Shown here in pieces: positions 25,564-39,689 of a stretch of 64,000 bases of DNA. Position 1 is the stretch's first letter. Every line of letters begins with the position of its first letter. The notes under the pieces are model-generated. The model was not told the DNA's origin. It did not search any database and worked only from the letters and a program-made list of their open reading frames with translations. The stretch covers positions 58,466,001 through 58,530,000 of the forward strand of contig OZ024746.1 in assembly GCA_964016885.1 (NCBI GenBank), in the 5' to 3' direction. Both the position numbers and the translations under genes were made by a program. Source of the stretch: Eledone cirrhosa. Lineage: Eukaryota.

Positions 25564-26784
25564 TAATATGTATATGTATGTGTGTGTGTGTATGTATATT
25601 CCACGTTTTTGCGTATGTAGGAATTTCCAGTTTCAGTAAACCGGATTCAACACCCAACCCATTCGTCAAGCCGATGTTATGGCATAGGGAATTTGGGGAA
25701 AATGAGAACTACTGTCTTACATAGCAAACTCCTAAAGATAAACAAAGTTTTCTTACTATATGTAAGTTCTGATATTATATATATATATATGTTCACGGAA
25801 AAGATAGAGACAAATAATTTAATCGCTACAGAATATATGTTTCTTGATAGCAAGGCAACCCATTTATTTATTGTATATGAATATATAGTATATATTTTCA
25901 TTTACACCTCCATTGTGCTTAAGCGCTCTGTCAGAGAAGGAACACCATTTCAGCCGCTTGTACTCACGATTTTATTCTCTTGGTCATTACTCTAGATTCT
26001 TGACCAGGGGCAAGTATTGATGCGAATACTGAAGTGAAGTAATCTAGTTTGGCTTTAACATCTACCCCGCTAACTCTGTTGATTGAATACTGAAGCTGAA
26101 GCATTACTGCACCATCACCTTCAATTCTTGGATTTAATTGACGGTCTTCTGCCTTCCTTTACTGTTCTTGAACATTTTGATCAGGATAGGTGACAGTCAG
26201 TACCCTTGGCGAAGTTCAACACCAACATTGAACTGTTTGAAATTTGCCCCATTTATTCGAACATAAAATACAAGCCACCCTGTTCAACATTAAACTTCTA
26301 CTCGACAATATCCTTACTATCCAGTCACTAAGCAGTGTCTTCACTGGATAGGCTTAAATAGGAGATTCCTTTATCCTTAGAGAAGTCTCTCATGTCTCTT
26401 CTTAGAAGAGCTGTTCTGTTAAAGAACGTTTCATAGTTGTTCGATAAATACAGTGTATTGTTCATCAAGCGCCGTAAAAACTGGTGATAAGCCTGCGACA
26501 TGGCATACTCTAGGTGGTGTGGGATGGGTACAGATATGTTGGGTGTCAGGAGACACCAAAAGGATCCAGAAGCGATCAAACATTAACAATTGGCAACTGG
26601 AAAGTTACATCTTTTACGGCTAAAGAGGTTACATCTGTTACAGCAGGAACGATTGGAGTAGGCCAGATGTTACGGCTTTAAATATATAGTTGAGGTTATG
26701 CCAATACTTCGGAATACACAGAACGACATATATACTCGTCGAATGGTCTATCTTTCTTACCTACACTAGTGTCGTTTGTTTAAC

Positions 26785-26816
<32 letters not shown>

Positions 26817-27544
26817 CGTGTGCGTGTGCGTGTGTGTATATGTGTGTGTGTGTATGTGTGTGTATGTGTGTATGCGTGTGTATGTGTGTATGTGTATGTG
26901 GGTGGGTGTGTGGGTGGGTGTGGGTGTGTGTCTATATATATATATATATATTCAGAATATATTTAAGTATACTTAAATTTGTATATATCTGTAAACACAG
27001 ACATACATTCAAAGTAAAAAAAATATATGTCACAGACGAAGTGACTGATTGATAGATTGACCGATTGCGTAGATTATTCATTAGTTGTCCGATTGATTGA
27101 TCGATCGGCTGGCTAGTTGGCTGGCTGGCTGTTTATCTGGTAGTTTTGTTATTTGATTGGCTGGTTGGTTGTTTGGCTTGTTTGTTGATAAATTGGTGTT
27201 TTACACTTCAATTTCTCAAACTCATTTTACATCCAACTACGCTAACATCTCTCTCTGTATTATCGACTAATTAATTCACCAGGGAAACCTTATTCACCAG
27301 AAAATATTTAAAATCTATTCTGAGGCGGGACCGAGCGCTAATTTTAATTTCTAACTGTAAAACGTCAATCTAAGCATGGACAACATTAGTTTACTGCCAA
27401 AACACACTGAGAAATATTTAAATATAGCCGATGATAATTAGTTGCCGATTCAACCGTGAAAAAACTGGTTGAATTAATCGATGGAAATACATGGTGGAAA
27501 AAGATATAGAAATATTCATTTTATTATCGTTATTATTAGTTTTG

Positions 27545-27840
27545 TGAAGGTGCGTAGTTTAGTGGTTATGGGTGCTCCCTTCAGGACCGTAATCTTGTGA
27601 GTCTGATTGTGCCGGTGTATCGTGTCCTCTCCTTGGTCAAAACAGTATAATCCTTGTAACCCCAGTTCATTTTTCAGGAAAGAGGGGAATCAGATGTGCC
27701 TGTAAATTAATTGACACGACTTCTCAAACACTATCATGGTGAATCCTCCTGGGAATTACATTTAAAGGTATGGGATGTACATCCGTCGAATTCGACGATC
27801 AATGTTCCAAATACTCGATTAATAGAACAGCCTGATCATT
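27545..27840 (+). mobile_element. Highly decayed SINE, family C-like head
   Basis: GTGAAGGTGCGTAGTTTAGTGGTTA..GTGAGTCTGATT..TCCTTGGTCAAAAC resembles the family C start. Confidence 0.45.
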
Positions 27841-27870
27841 AATTTAATCTATATATTAATTTAATCTATA

Positions 27871-28056
27871 GGCGGTGAATTGGCAGTATCGGTAGAAGGT
27901 TGGACGCCATGCTTTCTAGCATAGTTATGTGCCTTTACGGTCTGAGTTCAAATCCCGCCAGGGTTAACTTTGTCTTTCATCCTTACGGGGTCGATAAAAT
28001 AAAGTACCAGTAATGTACTGGTAATTGCTGGCCTGGTGCCTAAAATAGAAACAATT
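27871..28056 (+). mobile_element. SINE family B
   Basis: Full copy. 16-bp TSD ATTAATTTAATCTATA at 27855-27870 and 28054-28069. Confidence 0.9.
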
Positions 28057-28559
28057 AATTTAATCTATATGTAGCTGAGTATTCCACAGGGACGTGTACG
28101 CTTAAAATATATCTCAGGCAGATATAGTATGACACTGTGGAACAATGTAGCTGTTTGAAATACGGGTACAATCCATGCGACGGACTTCTAAACTGTTTGC
28201 TTCTACCAAATTTCAAAATGAAAGGTTTGAGCCGAGGCTGAGATAAAGATCTTTACTGAAGATTGTGATCATCCTGTATATTGCAGTGAGTTACATAGGA
28301 GTAAGGTATTTGAGATACCCATTTCGTTATGAATTTAAGAATTGAGCAGGATTTGGTTTGTTGTTAAAGCTGAAGATTATAATGATACGGATGGTGATGA
28401 TGATGATGCTGCTGCTGCTGATGATAATGATGATGATGAATACAGTAATGATAGTGATGATCATGACCATAATGTGATAAAGGAGATAATTGTAAGGGAA
28501 ATGATAATGAAGGAAAAAGGGGTGTTTATGGTGATTATTATTATTATTATTATTATTAT

Positions 28560-28953
28560 TAATTGTCAGTATCGGTAGAGGGTCGGACGCCATGCTTTCC
28601 AGCATAGTTACGTCCCTTTACGGTATGAGTTCAAATCCCGTTGAGGTTAACTTTGCATTTCATCCTTACGGGGTCGATAAAATAAAGTACCAGTAATGTA
28701 CTGGTTAATTGCTGGCCTTGTGCCAAAAGTAGAAACAAATATTATTATTATTATGATGAGGGCGGTGGATTGGCCGTATCGGTAGAGGGTCGGACGCCAT
28801 GCTTTCCAGCATAGTTACGTCCCTTTACGGTATGAGTTCAAATCCCGCCGAGGTTGACTTTGCGTTTCATCCTTACGGCGTCGATAAAATAAAGTACCAG
28901 TAATGTACTGGGTAATTGCTGGCCTTGTGCCTCAAGTAGAAACAATTATTATT
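28560..28953 (+). mobile_element. Two tandem SINE family B copies
   Basis: Copies at ~28560-28753 and 28760-28953, each ending GAAACAA(ATT)n. Confidence 0.9.
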
Positions 28954-28989
28954 GTGATGTTAAGGTGTAGCAGGGGGGGGGGGTTATAA

Positions 28990-29355
28990 AGATGATGACG
29001 GTGATGATTGTATTGTTAAAAAGGGTATTCATTACGAAGTAAGTGGCTGTGATGATTACAACAAGGATGGGGATGATGATCATGATAATCATGATCACGA
29101 CGATGACGACGGTGATGATGATGATGCAGAGGAGAAGGATGGTGATGGTGGTGGTGGTGGTGGGGATTTTGTCGATACTGTTGATGAGGTTGATGATAGT
29201 GTTGATGATGATGACAATAATAAAGATGATAGTGACAATGGAGTTAACAACGATGATGATGATGATGATGATGATGATAATCCCAATGATGATAGTGGTG
29301 ACGATGATGATGATGATTCCGGTAATCATGATTATTGTGATGGCTATGACGACAA
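28990..29355. repeat. Degenerate (GAT)n microsatellite
   Basis: Direct reading. A similar tract is at 28380-28560. Confidence 0.85.
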
Positions 29356-29356
29356 T

Positions 29357-29849
29357 GGTGTCTAATATAGGCACAAGGCCAGCAATTTGATGATTGGGGG
29401 CGGAAGTCGATTAAATTGACCCCAGTGCGTGACTGGTACTTTATTTTATCGACCCTGTATGGATGAATTGCAAAGCCAGCCTCGGGCGGATTTGACTTAG
29501 AACGTGAAGGGCCATAACTCTATGCTGCAAGGCATGGTTTCTGACGCTCTGATAATAATTTCTAGTATAGGCACAAGGCCAGTAATTTGGGCCATAGCAC
29601 TATGCCGCGAAACATGGTGTCTGACGCTCTACCGATTCTGCTAATCCACCGCTTTGACAATAATTTGTTCTACTTTTGGCACAAGGCCAGCAATAACCCA
29701 GTTCATTACTGGTACTTTATTTTATCGACACCGTAAGGATGAAAGGCAAAGTTAACCTCGGCGGGATTTAAACTCAGACCGTAAAGGGACGTAACTATGC
29801 TGGAAAGCATGGCGTCCAACCTTCTGCCGATACTGCCTATCCACCGCCC
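29357..29849 (-). mobile_element. Cluster of three family B-related SINE pieces
   Basis: Pieces at ~29357-29550, ~29560-29655 and 29661-29849. The last has TSD CGCTTTGACAATAAT at 29650 and 29851. Confidence 0.85.
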
Positions 29850-30099
29850 TCGCTTTGACAATAATGACGGACATTGTGAAGATTATTATGAAGTGTATTG
29901 TGATGATGACATAATAGGCCGAGTGGAAAGTAAACTATCGAAGTATGTTTAACCCTACGTTAACGTATATAATGCAAACATGATAAGCTAGATGGCTGAC
30001 TGTGTATAGAGTTATAGACGGTGTAGAGGCTAGCGTGTATTTGCTCGCTGTTCTTATTAACACTCCCTACTTTATGTTAAAGATCAGCTGTATAAACCT

Positions 30100-31315
<1,216 letters not shown>

Positions 31316-32217
31316 GAACGCATCATTCATTTCATGCTGTAATTACCACAGGTTAGAAATGCTGTTGTAGATAATGTTGCTGCTGCTGATGATGAGCGAA
31401 TGAGTTGAAATGTTAAAAAGTGGAAGCAAATGTAGATATAGAAATAATCTGAAGAAAATATAGAATAACAAAAAAAAAACCAAAGGAACAACGATTCCTC
31501 TATTCCAGAATAAAAATAAAACACAGAAAGAAATAACAAATAAATGCAAAATGTCTGCGAAACCTCCACACCCCCGCCATCCCGCTGGCGCTGAATTCCA
31601 TGACGCTTAACAAAAAGAGTTAATTATAGATGAAGCTATCTATTTTGACCTAGTTATGATACAGCTCTTTTTTTCTCCTTTTTTTTTATTAGTGTTATCA
31701 TTTTTTATTATTATTATTATTATTATTATTTTTTTTTTTTTTTTTTTTTTTGCTTTTAAGTATTCGTTGTGGTGGAAGTAGCAGGTGGGTGGGAGGGTAA
31801 GCGATTCTATTTCTGGTGCTTCTGTTAGTACTGAACATGTAAGTGTATTCTAGTGTAGTGTGTGACTTAATGATACCCGTGTGAACCGGATGTACAATTG
31901 CAATATTGCTCATTAGATGTTGGGAAACGTAGGTAAAGGTATTTCGGGAGCTATCATTATTAACTTCACTAATTCAAAATTGCATTACGATACGATGCTC
32001 AGTATTTTCTTTCTGCTGTACACACACACTTACACACATACATACAAACACATATACATCTGCACACTCATATGTATGAAAATGAATATACATATATATA
32101 TATATATATGTGTGTATATGTATGTGTGTTTGCGTAGGTATGTATGTACGTGTATATATATATATGTGTGGGTGTGTGTATGTGTAAAGCAAAAAGAAAG
32201 TAGTGAGCATCGTATCG

Positions 32218-32250
<33 letters not shown>

Positions 32251-32254
<4 letters not shown>

Positions 32255-32450
32255 AACAAGTATGACCCCGACGGCAGAGCTCAAGCCGTTTCGACGGCTA
32301 ATTCTAGACTCAGTCCAGAATTAGCCGTCGAAACAGCTTCAGCTCTGCCGTCGGGGTCATACATGTTCCTATTACCCACTCTACTACCCTGAGTATTGAG
32401 TACTTTGGTGTGTTATGGTCCATCGGGTTCCTTACCACATTTCCTTCGTT
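32251..32450. repeat. Family D element with a ~120-bp hairpin
   Basis: 32251-32371 is self-complementary (TAGGAAC..GACCCCGACGG / CCGTCGGGGTC..GTTCCTA). 32372-32450 matches 45654-45735 and 62821-62880 in reverse. (TA)n lies on both sides. Confidence 0.75.
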
Positions 32451-32461
32451 ATATATATATA

Positions 32462-32520
<59 letters not shown>

Positions 32521-32524
<4 letters not shown>

Positions 32525-32640
32525 CAAAAAGAGAAGTGTGTTACACAGAGAGATGTGTGTAAAGAATTATTACGAGTAAAACCACTCGTAATAATTCTTT
32601 ACACACATCTCTCTGTGTAACAAACTTCTCTTTGTGTAAT
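32521..32640. repeat. Near-perfect 120-bp hairpin
   Basis: 57-bp arms around the loop AAAACC (32578-32583), with about 2 mismatches. Confidence 0.9.
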
Positions 32641-32762
32641 ATATACTTGCATTTAAGCTCAGAAGGAAATTCTCTATCCTTCCTTGAGCTAATTCTATTA
32701 TTATTATTACAGTGAACTGCGGAATACTCTTAATTCCGATATTTGTATATATATATATATAA

Positions 32763-32829
<67 letters not shown>

Positions 32830-33845
32830 TATATACTCCATGATCATTATATGCAAATGGTGATTTACAGCCTATATTTGACGTGCAAAATCACATATAA
32901 CCCACTAGCTTCTTCATGACTTTGCACTAAGTATGTAAACCTAACTGACGACGTATAAAAATGCAGAAATAGGAGTCTGAAATCCGCCCACCATTAAAGA
33001 AGGAAATAGGGGAATCACAAATTAACTAAGAAAAGGAGTATAGAGGATAAAGTATTAGATTTATCAATTAAGATAACATAATAAGTGGGAGTAAAGAAAA
33101 AATATAGTACTAATATAACAAAATATTAAAAAACTAAAAAAGTATGATATAAATTAGTTAGGAAGAAAATGTTTACTAGTTAAAATGTGTTGGTAAGATA
33201 AATGGATTTGTGGGTTAACAAGAAAATAGTCAATTTAACTAATGGAATCTAAGTGGGGTCAAAAACCCTGTAAGAGCGAGTATGCCAAACGATGATGGCA
33301 GTTAATTGCAATCTCATTGCGATCATTCATTGGATGGGTTTAGATGTAGTTATGAAATAATCTTCCGATAAACATAGACCACAATGACCTTTACAACATT
33401 TGTAAGGACAGGATTTAACAAAGACGTCCCAGACTAAAGAGTATTCTATATTTACTCACTTCCTATAGTATCCCTATTTAATTTCTTTTTTAATGTTAAC
33501 TATTACTACTTTGGCCTTTCCCCTGCATGTATATATTCTTTGACTATATTCTTTATATACCCCTTCTTTTAAATCATTAATTTTGATTTTATCTATAATT
33601 TTCTTGTTATTATTAAATATTTTTTTTAATCTTTCATTATCTATTATATTTTTCTACTTACTTATCTCCCTTTATTCATAGTTATGCCCCTCGTTATACC
33701 TACTTCCGGTTTCATATTTTCTCCGCTTTTCTCCTTAGCATTTACAATGTATTATTATCTTACTTACATCTCTAATATGTGGACAGCTATTCTTCAACAT
33801 TTTTATATTTATTGTAATCCCTATTTTCAGTGACATGTATTTTTG
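32830..33845 (-). mobile_element. Decayed Penelope-like element 3' fragment
   Basis: The minus-strand translation of ~33460-33345 gives EYSLVWDVFVKSCPYKCCKGHCGLCLSEDYFI. This aligns with PFTLNWKILQKARSYNGGHKGCDLCISESYEI of the GIY-YIG ORF at 41814. Confidence 0.6.
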
Positions 33846-34040
33846 AATATCTATGATGGGATGACAGAGTTCTTTGAGATACTGGCTGGAGTGCTCCAGG
33901 GAGATACAATGGCTCCCTACCTTTTTAACATCGTAATGGTCTATTGTATGCGCCTTGCGCTGGAGAAATATCAGGACTTTGGCTTTACTGTAACACCGGC
34001 TCAGAGCAGGAGAGTTAAGAAAAAAAGATATCGGATGCAC
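33846..34040 (+). mobile_element. Non-LTR RT fragment (RTE-like)
   Basis: DGMTEFFEILAGVLQGDTMAPYLFNIVM matches the RT QG motif region. Confidence 0.7.
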
Positions 34041-34263
34041 TCAGTGTTCAAGAATTTGGTATTTTTTTCTCTAGCATTTAATTTGTGTATTAGAGCTCTG
34101 CTTAAAACAATGTTTTGCCTCACATTATTTCTCTGGCTTACTCACTTTGTTCACTTGTCTTGCATCTAATAGACACAGAGGCCACTGTCTTCCTCACAAT
34201 TGGCATATAATTCTCATAACTAATCAGTTATCTCTCATCTCCGATTAGCTTTTATGCATAATT

Positions 34264-34305
<42 letters not shown>

Positions 34306-34405
34306 GGGGGGGGGGTTGTGTCAATGTGTGCATGTGCGTATGTGTGTGTTTGTTTTTGTATATGTATACATATATATATGCATACATACATATATGTTAG
34401 TTGGC

Positions 34406-34797
34406 TGTGTAACGACAGTTACAACAGACGCGCTGTTCGAAGCACTCCATGCTGTTACGAGGTCCGTCTTGTTTGCGCTGTATTCCAGAGTTAAGGCGGC
34501 TGTAGTTCGCAGTGTAAATAGATTGAGAAGAATCGAAGACAATGGTGCAGCATAAGTACACAGTTTATTGGCATGTTAAAATTGTTTAGATATCGATCAG
34601 CTCAGGCTACAATCAAGGTGATGGGGCCCGACTCAGTTTCGACATCTCGTCAGATATGGGAATTTATATGTGTAAGAGAGTGACGTGTCCGTCATGTTGA
34701 TTGCACCCTGAGTTGATTGATATCTAAAAAACTGTAATATATCAATAAATTGTGTACAGATCCTTCAACACTGGCTTGATTCTTCTTAATCTACACA
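34406..34797 (+). mobile_element. Possible solo LTR
   Basis: TGTGTA...TACACA termini and AATAAA ~50 bp before the end. No TSD found. Confidence 0.3.
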
Positions 34798-35764
34798 TGT
34801 AAATGTGTAGATATGTGTGTGACTGTCTGTCTTCTCCGTCTATGCGTGTGTATATGAATTAAACAGTTCTAGTCCTGTAGAAGCCATTTCTATATTAAAT
34901 ATTTATACTCTGTTATGTATTGAGTACCTTACTTACTGAGGTTACCCCGGTTGAACCCGGGCTATTTCTTCGTTACGGAGTTACTATCCGCTTGCATACT
35001 AAACTATGTACATCTATGTGCCTCGTGTATATTTCTGTATATTTTATATGTTGATCTAACTATATACATATACATATGTGTTTCTCCTTCTTTATGTACC
35101 AGCGTGTGTACGTATATGTTTATCTATTTTTGTATGGATTCTTTTTTCTACCTGAAGCAGTTTCAGTGTCTCTCGAGCTAAATATAACAAAATACCTACT
35201 TTATGTATATTTATATATGTATCTAACTGCCTGTATGTCTGCCATTCTATTCGGCTCTGCCTCTATAATTTGTATAATTATCCTCAACATTGATCTATGC
35301 CAATATATAGGCCTTGTGTATGATTTCTTCGTCGTTACCGCTTGCACATTAAAGTGAAAAAATATAGATACTACCAAATACTCAATCTCGCCCATTTACA
35401 CATATATACACTCGGTCCGAACACAAAAGAAAAATGCTTCCACTTTCACAGCTCCTCTCTCTCCCATTCTCCCCATCTCTCACTATTGTTTGCAAATGTG
35501 GGCCCATGTGCTGGCCGCCCTGGGGCCCCGGCGGACAGAATCGAGAAAGCGTTGATTCATGAATATAGCAAATGTTCGCTATATATGTTAAATATAATTG
35601 CTGGTGTTTTAAAATATATCAGCTGTGAGCCGTGGTCTCTCTATTTTTCAATTTATGATCTATTTATCATTCTCATTTAAGATAACTTTTGTCCTTCAGT
35701 TATTTTTCTTCATATTTTTCGCTGTTAGAGAATTGACAAATGTGTTTGAATTTGCTAGATACAC

Positions 35765-35911
35765 AGATACTTGTGGGGTGTATTCTTTATATTTAAATAC
35801 ATGTTTATTTAAATACATGTTTATATTTAAATATATATATATATATATTTAAATATAAACATGTATTTAAATAAACATGTATTTAAATATAAAGAATACA
35901 CCCCACAAGTA

Positions 35912-35914
<3 letters not shown>
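35765..35914. repeat. 150-bp palindrome centred on (TA)n
   Basis: AGATACTTGTGGGGTG... / ...CACCCCACAAGTATCT. Confidence 0.9.
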
Positions 35915-35948
<34 letters not shown>

Positions 35949-35985
35949 GAAAATCCGAAGGCAAGGTAAAATTCCAATCATTTAA

Positions 35986-36059
35986 TCACGACACATGTTT
36001 CAATAAGAGATAGATCGATTATGAAGCCATGATCGATTATCACCGATCTCATCAGGTGA
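35986..36059 (-). ncRNA. Candidate type I hammerhead ribozyme
   Basis: TCAC CTGATGA [long hairpin stem II] GAAA CATGTG TC GTGA. The core is intact, the cleavage triplet is GUC and stem I is TCAC/GTGA. It lies in a short insert beside (TA)n. Confidence 0.6.
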
Positions 36060-36518
36060 AAATGAATTGTCTTCAAATTCTTGATATGAGGGAGAAAAAA
36101 TAACGATGTTCGCTCACAGAATTCATTCCCTCATATGGAGACACACCAGTCAGTCAGCTTTAGTTGAGATCATAAAAGTTTTCAGATTTCTATCGCTGCA
36201 AAAGACGCTGGACATCAATCAAATCTGTAGGGATACAGTCAGTCACAGTTAAAAGTGTGTGGGTACACACACACTCCACACCTACATACATCGGCTCGAG
36301 GTCAAGGAAAAATATATACATATATATACACACATCAACACAGTATTAAACCCGTAGAATTAGCGTGGGTTGGTACACACACACTTTTACACACACCGAA
36401 GCGATGTACGAGAAAAAACAAATATAAGAATGTACCAACACAGCACTCACCGAAAGTTAGTTATGTCGGTCAAATCTCTATTTGACGATGTAAATTGGAA
36501 ATATTTGGTTAACCAACG

Positions 36519-36564
<46 letters not shown>

Positions 36565-37623
36565 GCGCAAGTAAGTTCAGTTCAGTGTTCTGCTATACGT
36601 GTATAGATCGAATTGTAACATCCATATGTTCAAGTGTGTGTTATGGTATATACGCATCCGAATCGTCCAAAAAATGTGAAGAGCAAGCAATCAGCTCATG
36701 TCGCACTCCTTGTGTACCGCTGTCCCGTTGAGAATCCGTGTCACCAAATCCGTGCGTGCAAGCAACTGCAATGTGGGCCAGCAAAGGGCTCAGTGTAGGG
36801 TTGGGTATTGGGTAAATGCGTCCGTAAGTGCGATTTCCCGTCACATGGGCCAATGAGCTTTTAAGATAGTTGTTTTAGTGGCGGAGGTGTGTTATCCAAC
36901 ACAGAAGGTGAAGTAAGAAAACACAGGACAGTAAAATCCAAAGGATGTGAGTAAGCCCATTAATGGTGTGTTAGTATTATTGTTCAATCCGTAACAGTGA
37001 GTCCTCCATCGTTAGATGATCACGCATCAAAACCTGGTATAGTGTTCAGTCGGTAGGAACGTGACAGTCGTAAATGTGGGAGTTCAATGTCTAAGGTAAA
37101 CGGGTACTGTGTGTAGAGCTATGTATAGAGAGCGTAATCGGTCCTAACTAAATGTGTATTCAATCTAACTATTTACTAGCTAGGTATTCTAAAAGAGAGC
37201 ACTCAGCTGTGAGAACTCCGTGGAAACAGGCCGAGTATCGTTTGCAAGTGCGCAAACAATCTTAGCCGTCTAACTACCTACGTGTGTGGCTGTCCTTTTA
37301 TAGAGCGAACTCTATGGCTAAAATAGAGAGGGAGGAGTTATTGGTAGGTTACCTTCCAAAAAACCCGCGGAAGGTTTTCGAGGTTCTATGTTGACAGTTG
37401 CTGAAAAGAATCTGCTCTTCTATTAATTAATAGGGGGCCGCCTCTAATAATATTAAAAGTTCCAGCTATACATAAATTGTAGACGCCCGTGCTGCCTTTA
37501 TAAGGTTGGGCTGAGCAAACTATGGACCAGGATAAGGAGTGCTCTATATTCTGATGTATATTCTATATATATATATATATATATATACATATAGAATATA
37601 CATCAGAATATATCCTGGTCCAT

Positions 37624-37970
37624 CATTTTGTCAATGAACGTTTTTCATTGATTGACCAACGGTTAAAAATACAGATATAAATATATATATATATAGTCTA
37701 TCAATGTTCTTTCGTTGCACATCTGCAACATCATCAGTGGTACTATTATGTTCCCTCCTATTGTATTGTATTCTAATGTCTAATGTATATATATATATAT
37801 AATAAAAGTGGCGTAGACATTAGAATACAATACAATAGGAGGGAACATAATAGTACCACTGATGATGTTGCAGATGTGCAACGAAAGAACATGGATAGAC
37901 TATATATATATATTTGTATCTGTATTTTTAACAGTTGGTCAATCAATGATAAACGTTCATTGCCAAAATG
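37624..37970. repeat. ~155-bp inverted repeat pair, each arm with a hammerhead-like core
   Basis: 37624-37782 pairs with 37814-37970. The plus arm reads ACCA CTGATGA T GTTGCA GATG TGCAAC GAAA GAAC A TGG. A second small IR is adjacent at 37521-37623. Confidence 0.75.
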
Positions 37971-38050
37971 AATTAACTATGGAGATATAAAAGATAATGA
38001 AGCGAAAACCAACCAAACAGTGAATGTGTTCTGTTATTATTTCTGGCAAG

Positions 38051-38243
38051 GGCGGTGGGTTGACAGTATCGGTAGAGGGTCGGACGCCATGTTTTGCAGC
38101 AAAAGAATTACGGTCCCTTATGATCGGAGTTCAAATCCCGCCAAGATTAATTTTGCCTTTCATACTTACAGGATGGATAAAATAAAGTACCAGTAATACA
38201 CCGGGGTAATTTCTGGCTTTGCGTCAGAAGCAGAAACAATTAT
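38051..38243 (+). mobile_element. SINE family B (diverged)
   Basis: Colinear with the other copies, with B box GGAGTTCAAATCC. Confidence 0.85.
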
Positions 38244-38289
38244 TTCTGGCAATATTATTACAACAATATGACCCGCGCCAAGTATAACA

Positions 38290-38320
<31 letters not shown>

Positions 38321-38373
38321 CGTATATATATATACGTATATATATACGTATATATATATATGTATATATAGAC

Positions 38374-38439
<66 letters not shown>

Positions 38440-39058
38440 ATATATATATATATATATATTTATATCACTCATCCCACTAACACCTCTACTAATACACATA
38501 CACACCCCCCTCCTCACTCAAACTTTCACACCTACCCATCCTCTCCCCCTTACCATTCTACCCTACTGCTGCTATGCCCTCTGACCACCTCCCCTAACAT
38601 ACAGACACACAACACAAACTCACCATGTTACCCTACTGCTGTTATGCCCTCTGACCACAGACACAGCACACTCCTCCTGCCTTGCCCACTTCCTGTTTTG
38701 CGCGCACCCCACATCTCCCCTCTTCTGACCAATCTCTTCACGGATTACACGTATGTGAACCTTGATCCCGGAATCAACCACAATCAAGGATTTTACCAAG
38801 CATCCCACCACATCTTCTTACGGAATCATCTTTATGACTCACCCACACACACACCCCAAAATAATTTTTTTTCCCACACGCCACCTACACCCACAACACG
38901 CTTAAACACCACACGCACACGTGCGTACCACCACATATTTACACATTCAGCCTCCGGATTCCTCTATCCACACACGCACACACACTCCGACCTACACCCA
39001 ACCCCACACACACCTCTTCCTGAACATGCAACCCCGTTCTTCCCCCAACCCTTGCTTT

Positions 39059-39091
<33 letters not shown>

Positions 39092-39689
39092 GTACACCTA
39101 CACACACACACCACCTTCAGCGCTCCCCGCTCGGACACCCCGTCTCCCTCTCCCCACTCCACCCGCCACCACCACTACACGCCCACACCCTTCCACCACC
39201 TGTTTTACCCCATTTTAATTTTATTTTGATCATGCCTTATTTTTAATTTCATTTGCACCGTTTCCTACATTTCGAAAATATACATGAAATTCGGGGGCTT
39301 ACTTTAATATATATAACTATGTCTTAATATTGAGATACGTTTTGGAATATGAAACATCTTGTATACGTTTATGTTGTAATTTATTAAAATATGCACTTTC
39401 GTATCATAGAAACAAAAGTGATTTTAAGTGAGTTCGTAGCAAAAGGTCTACGAATATTAAAAACATATACTACGTTTTCGGTAAAAATCTAGTTATATGC
39501 TTACTTGCTTAGCTGGAATGTTTTCCTATTTTTCTTTGTTATTTTGCAGCACAATTTCCTTGTATTTCTGGATATGTATTTTGAATTCTGATGCCGTCAC
39601 TTCTAAATCTTTCTACTGTTAATGTATCACTATTCCATATTCAATATATATAAGAGTATGTATCGGTGTTTGTCTGTGTGTATTTTGAG

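Noticed and set aside
32940-32985. CTGACGA..GAAA..GTC hammerhead-like motif
   Set aside because: Stem I and stem III pairing are poor, so it may be a chance match.
38437-39246. 269-aa His/Pro/Thr-rich ORF
   Set aside because: It is low-complexity CA-rich sequence starting inside a microsatellite, with no domain.
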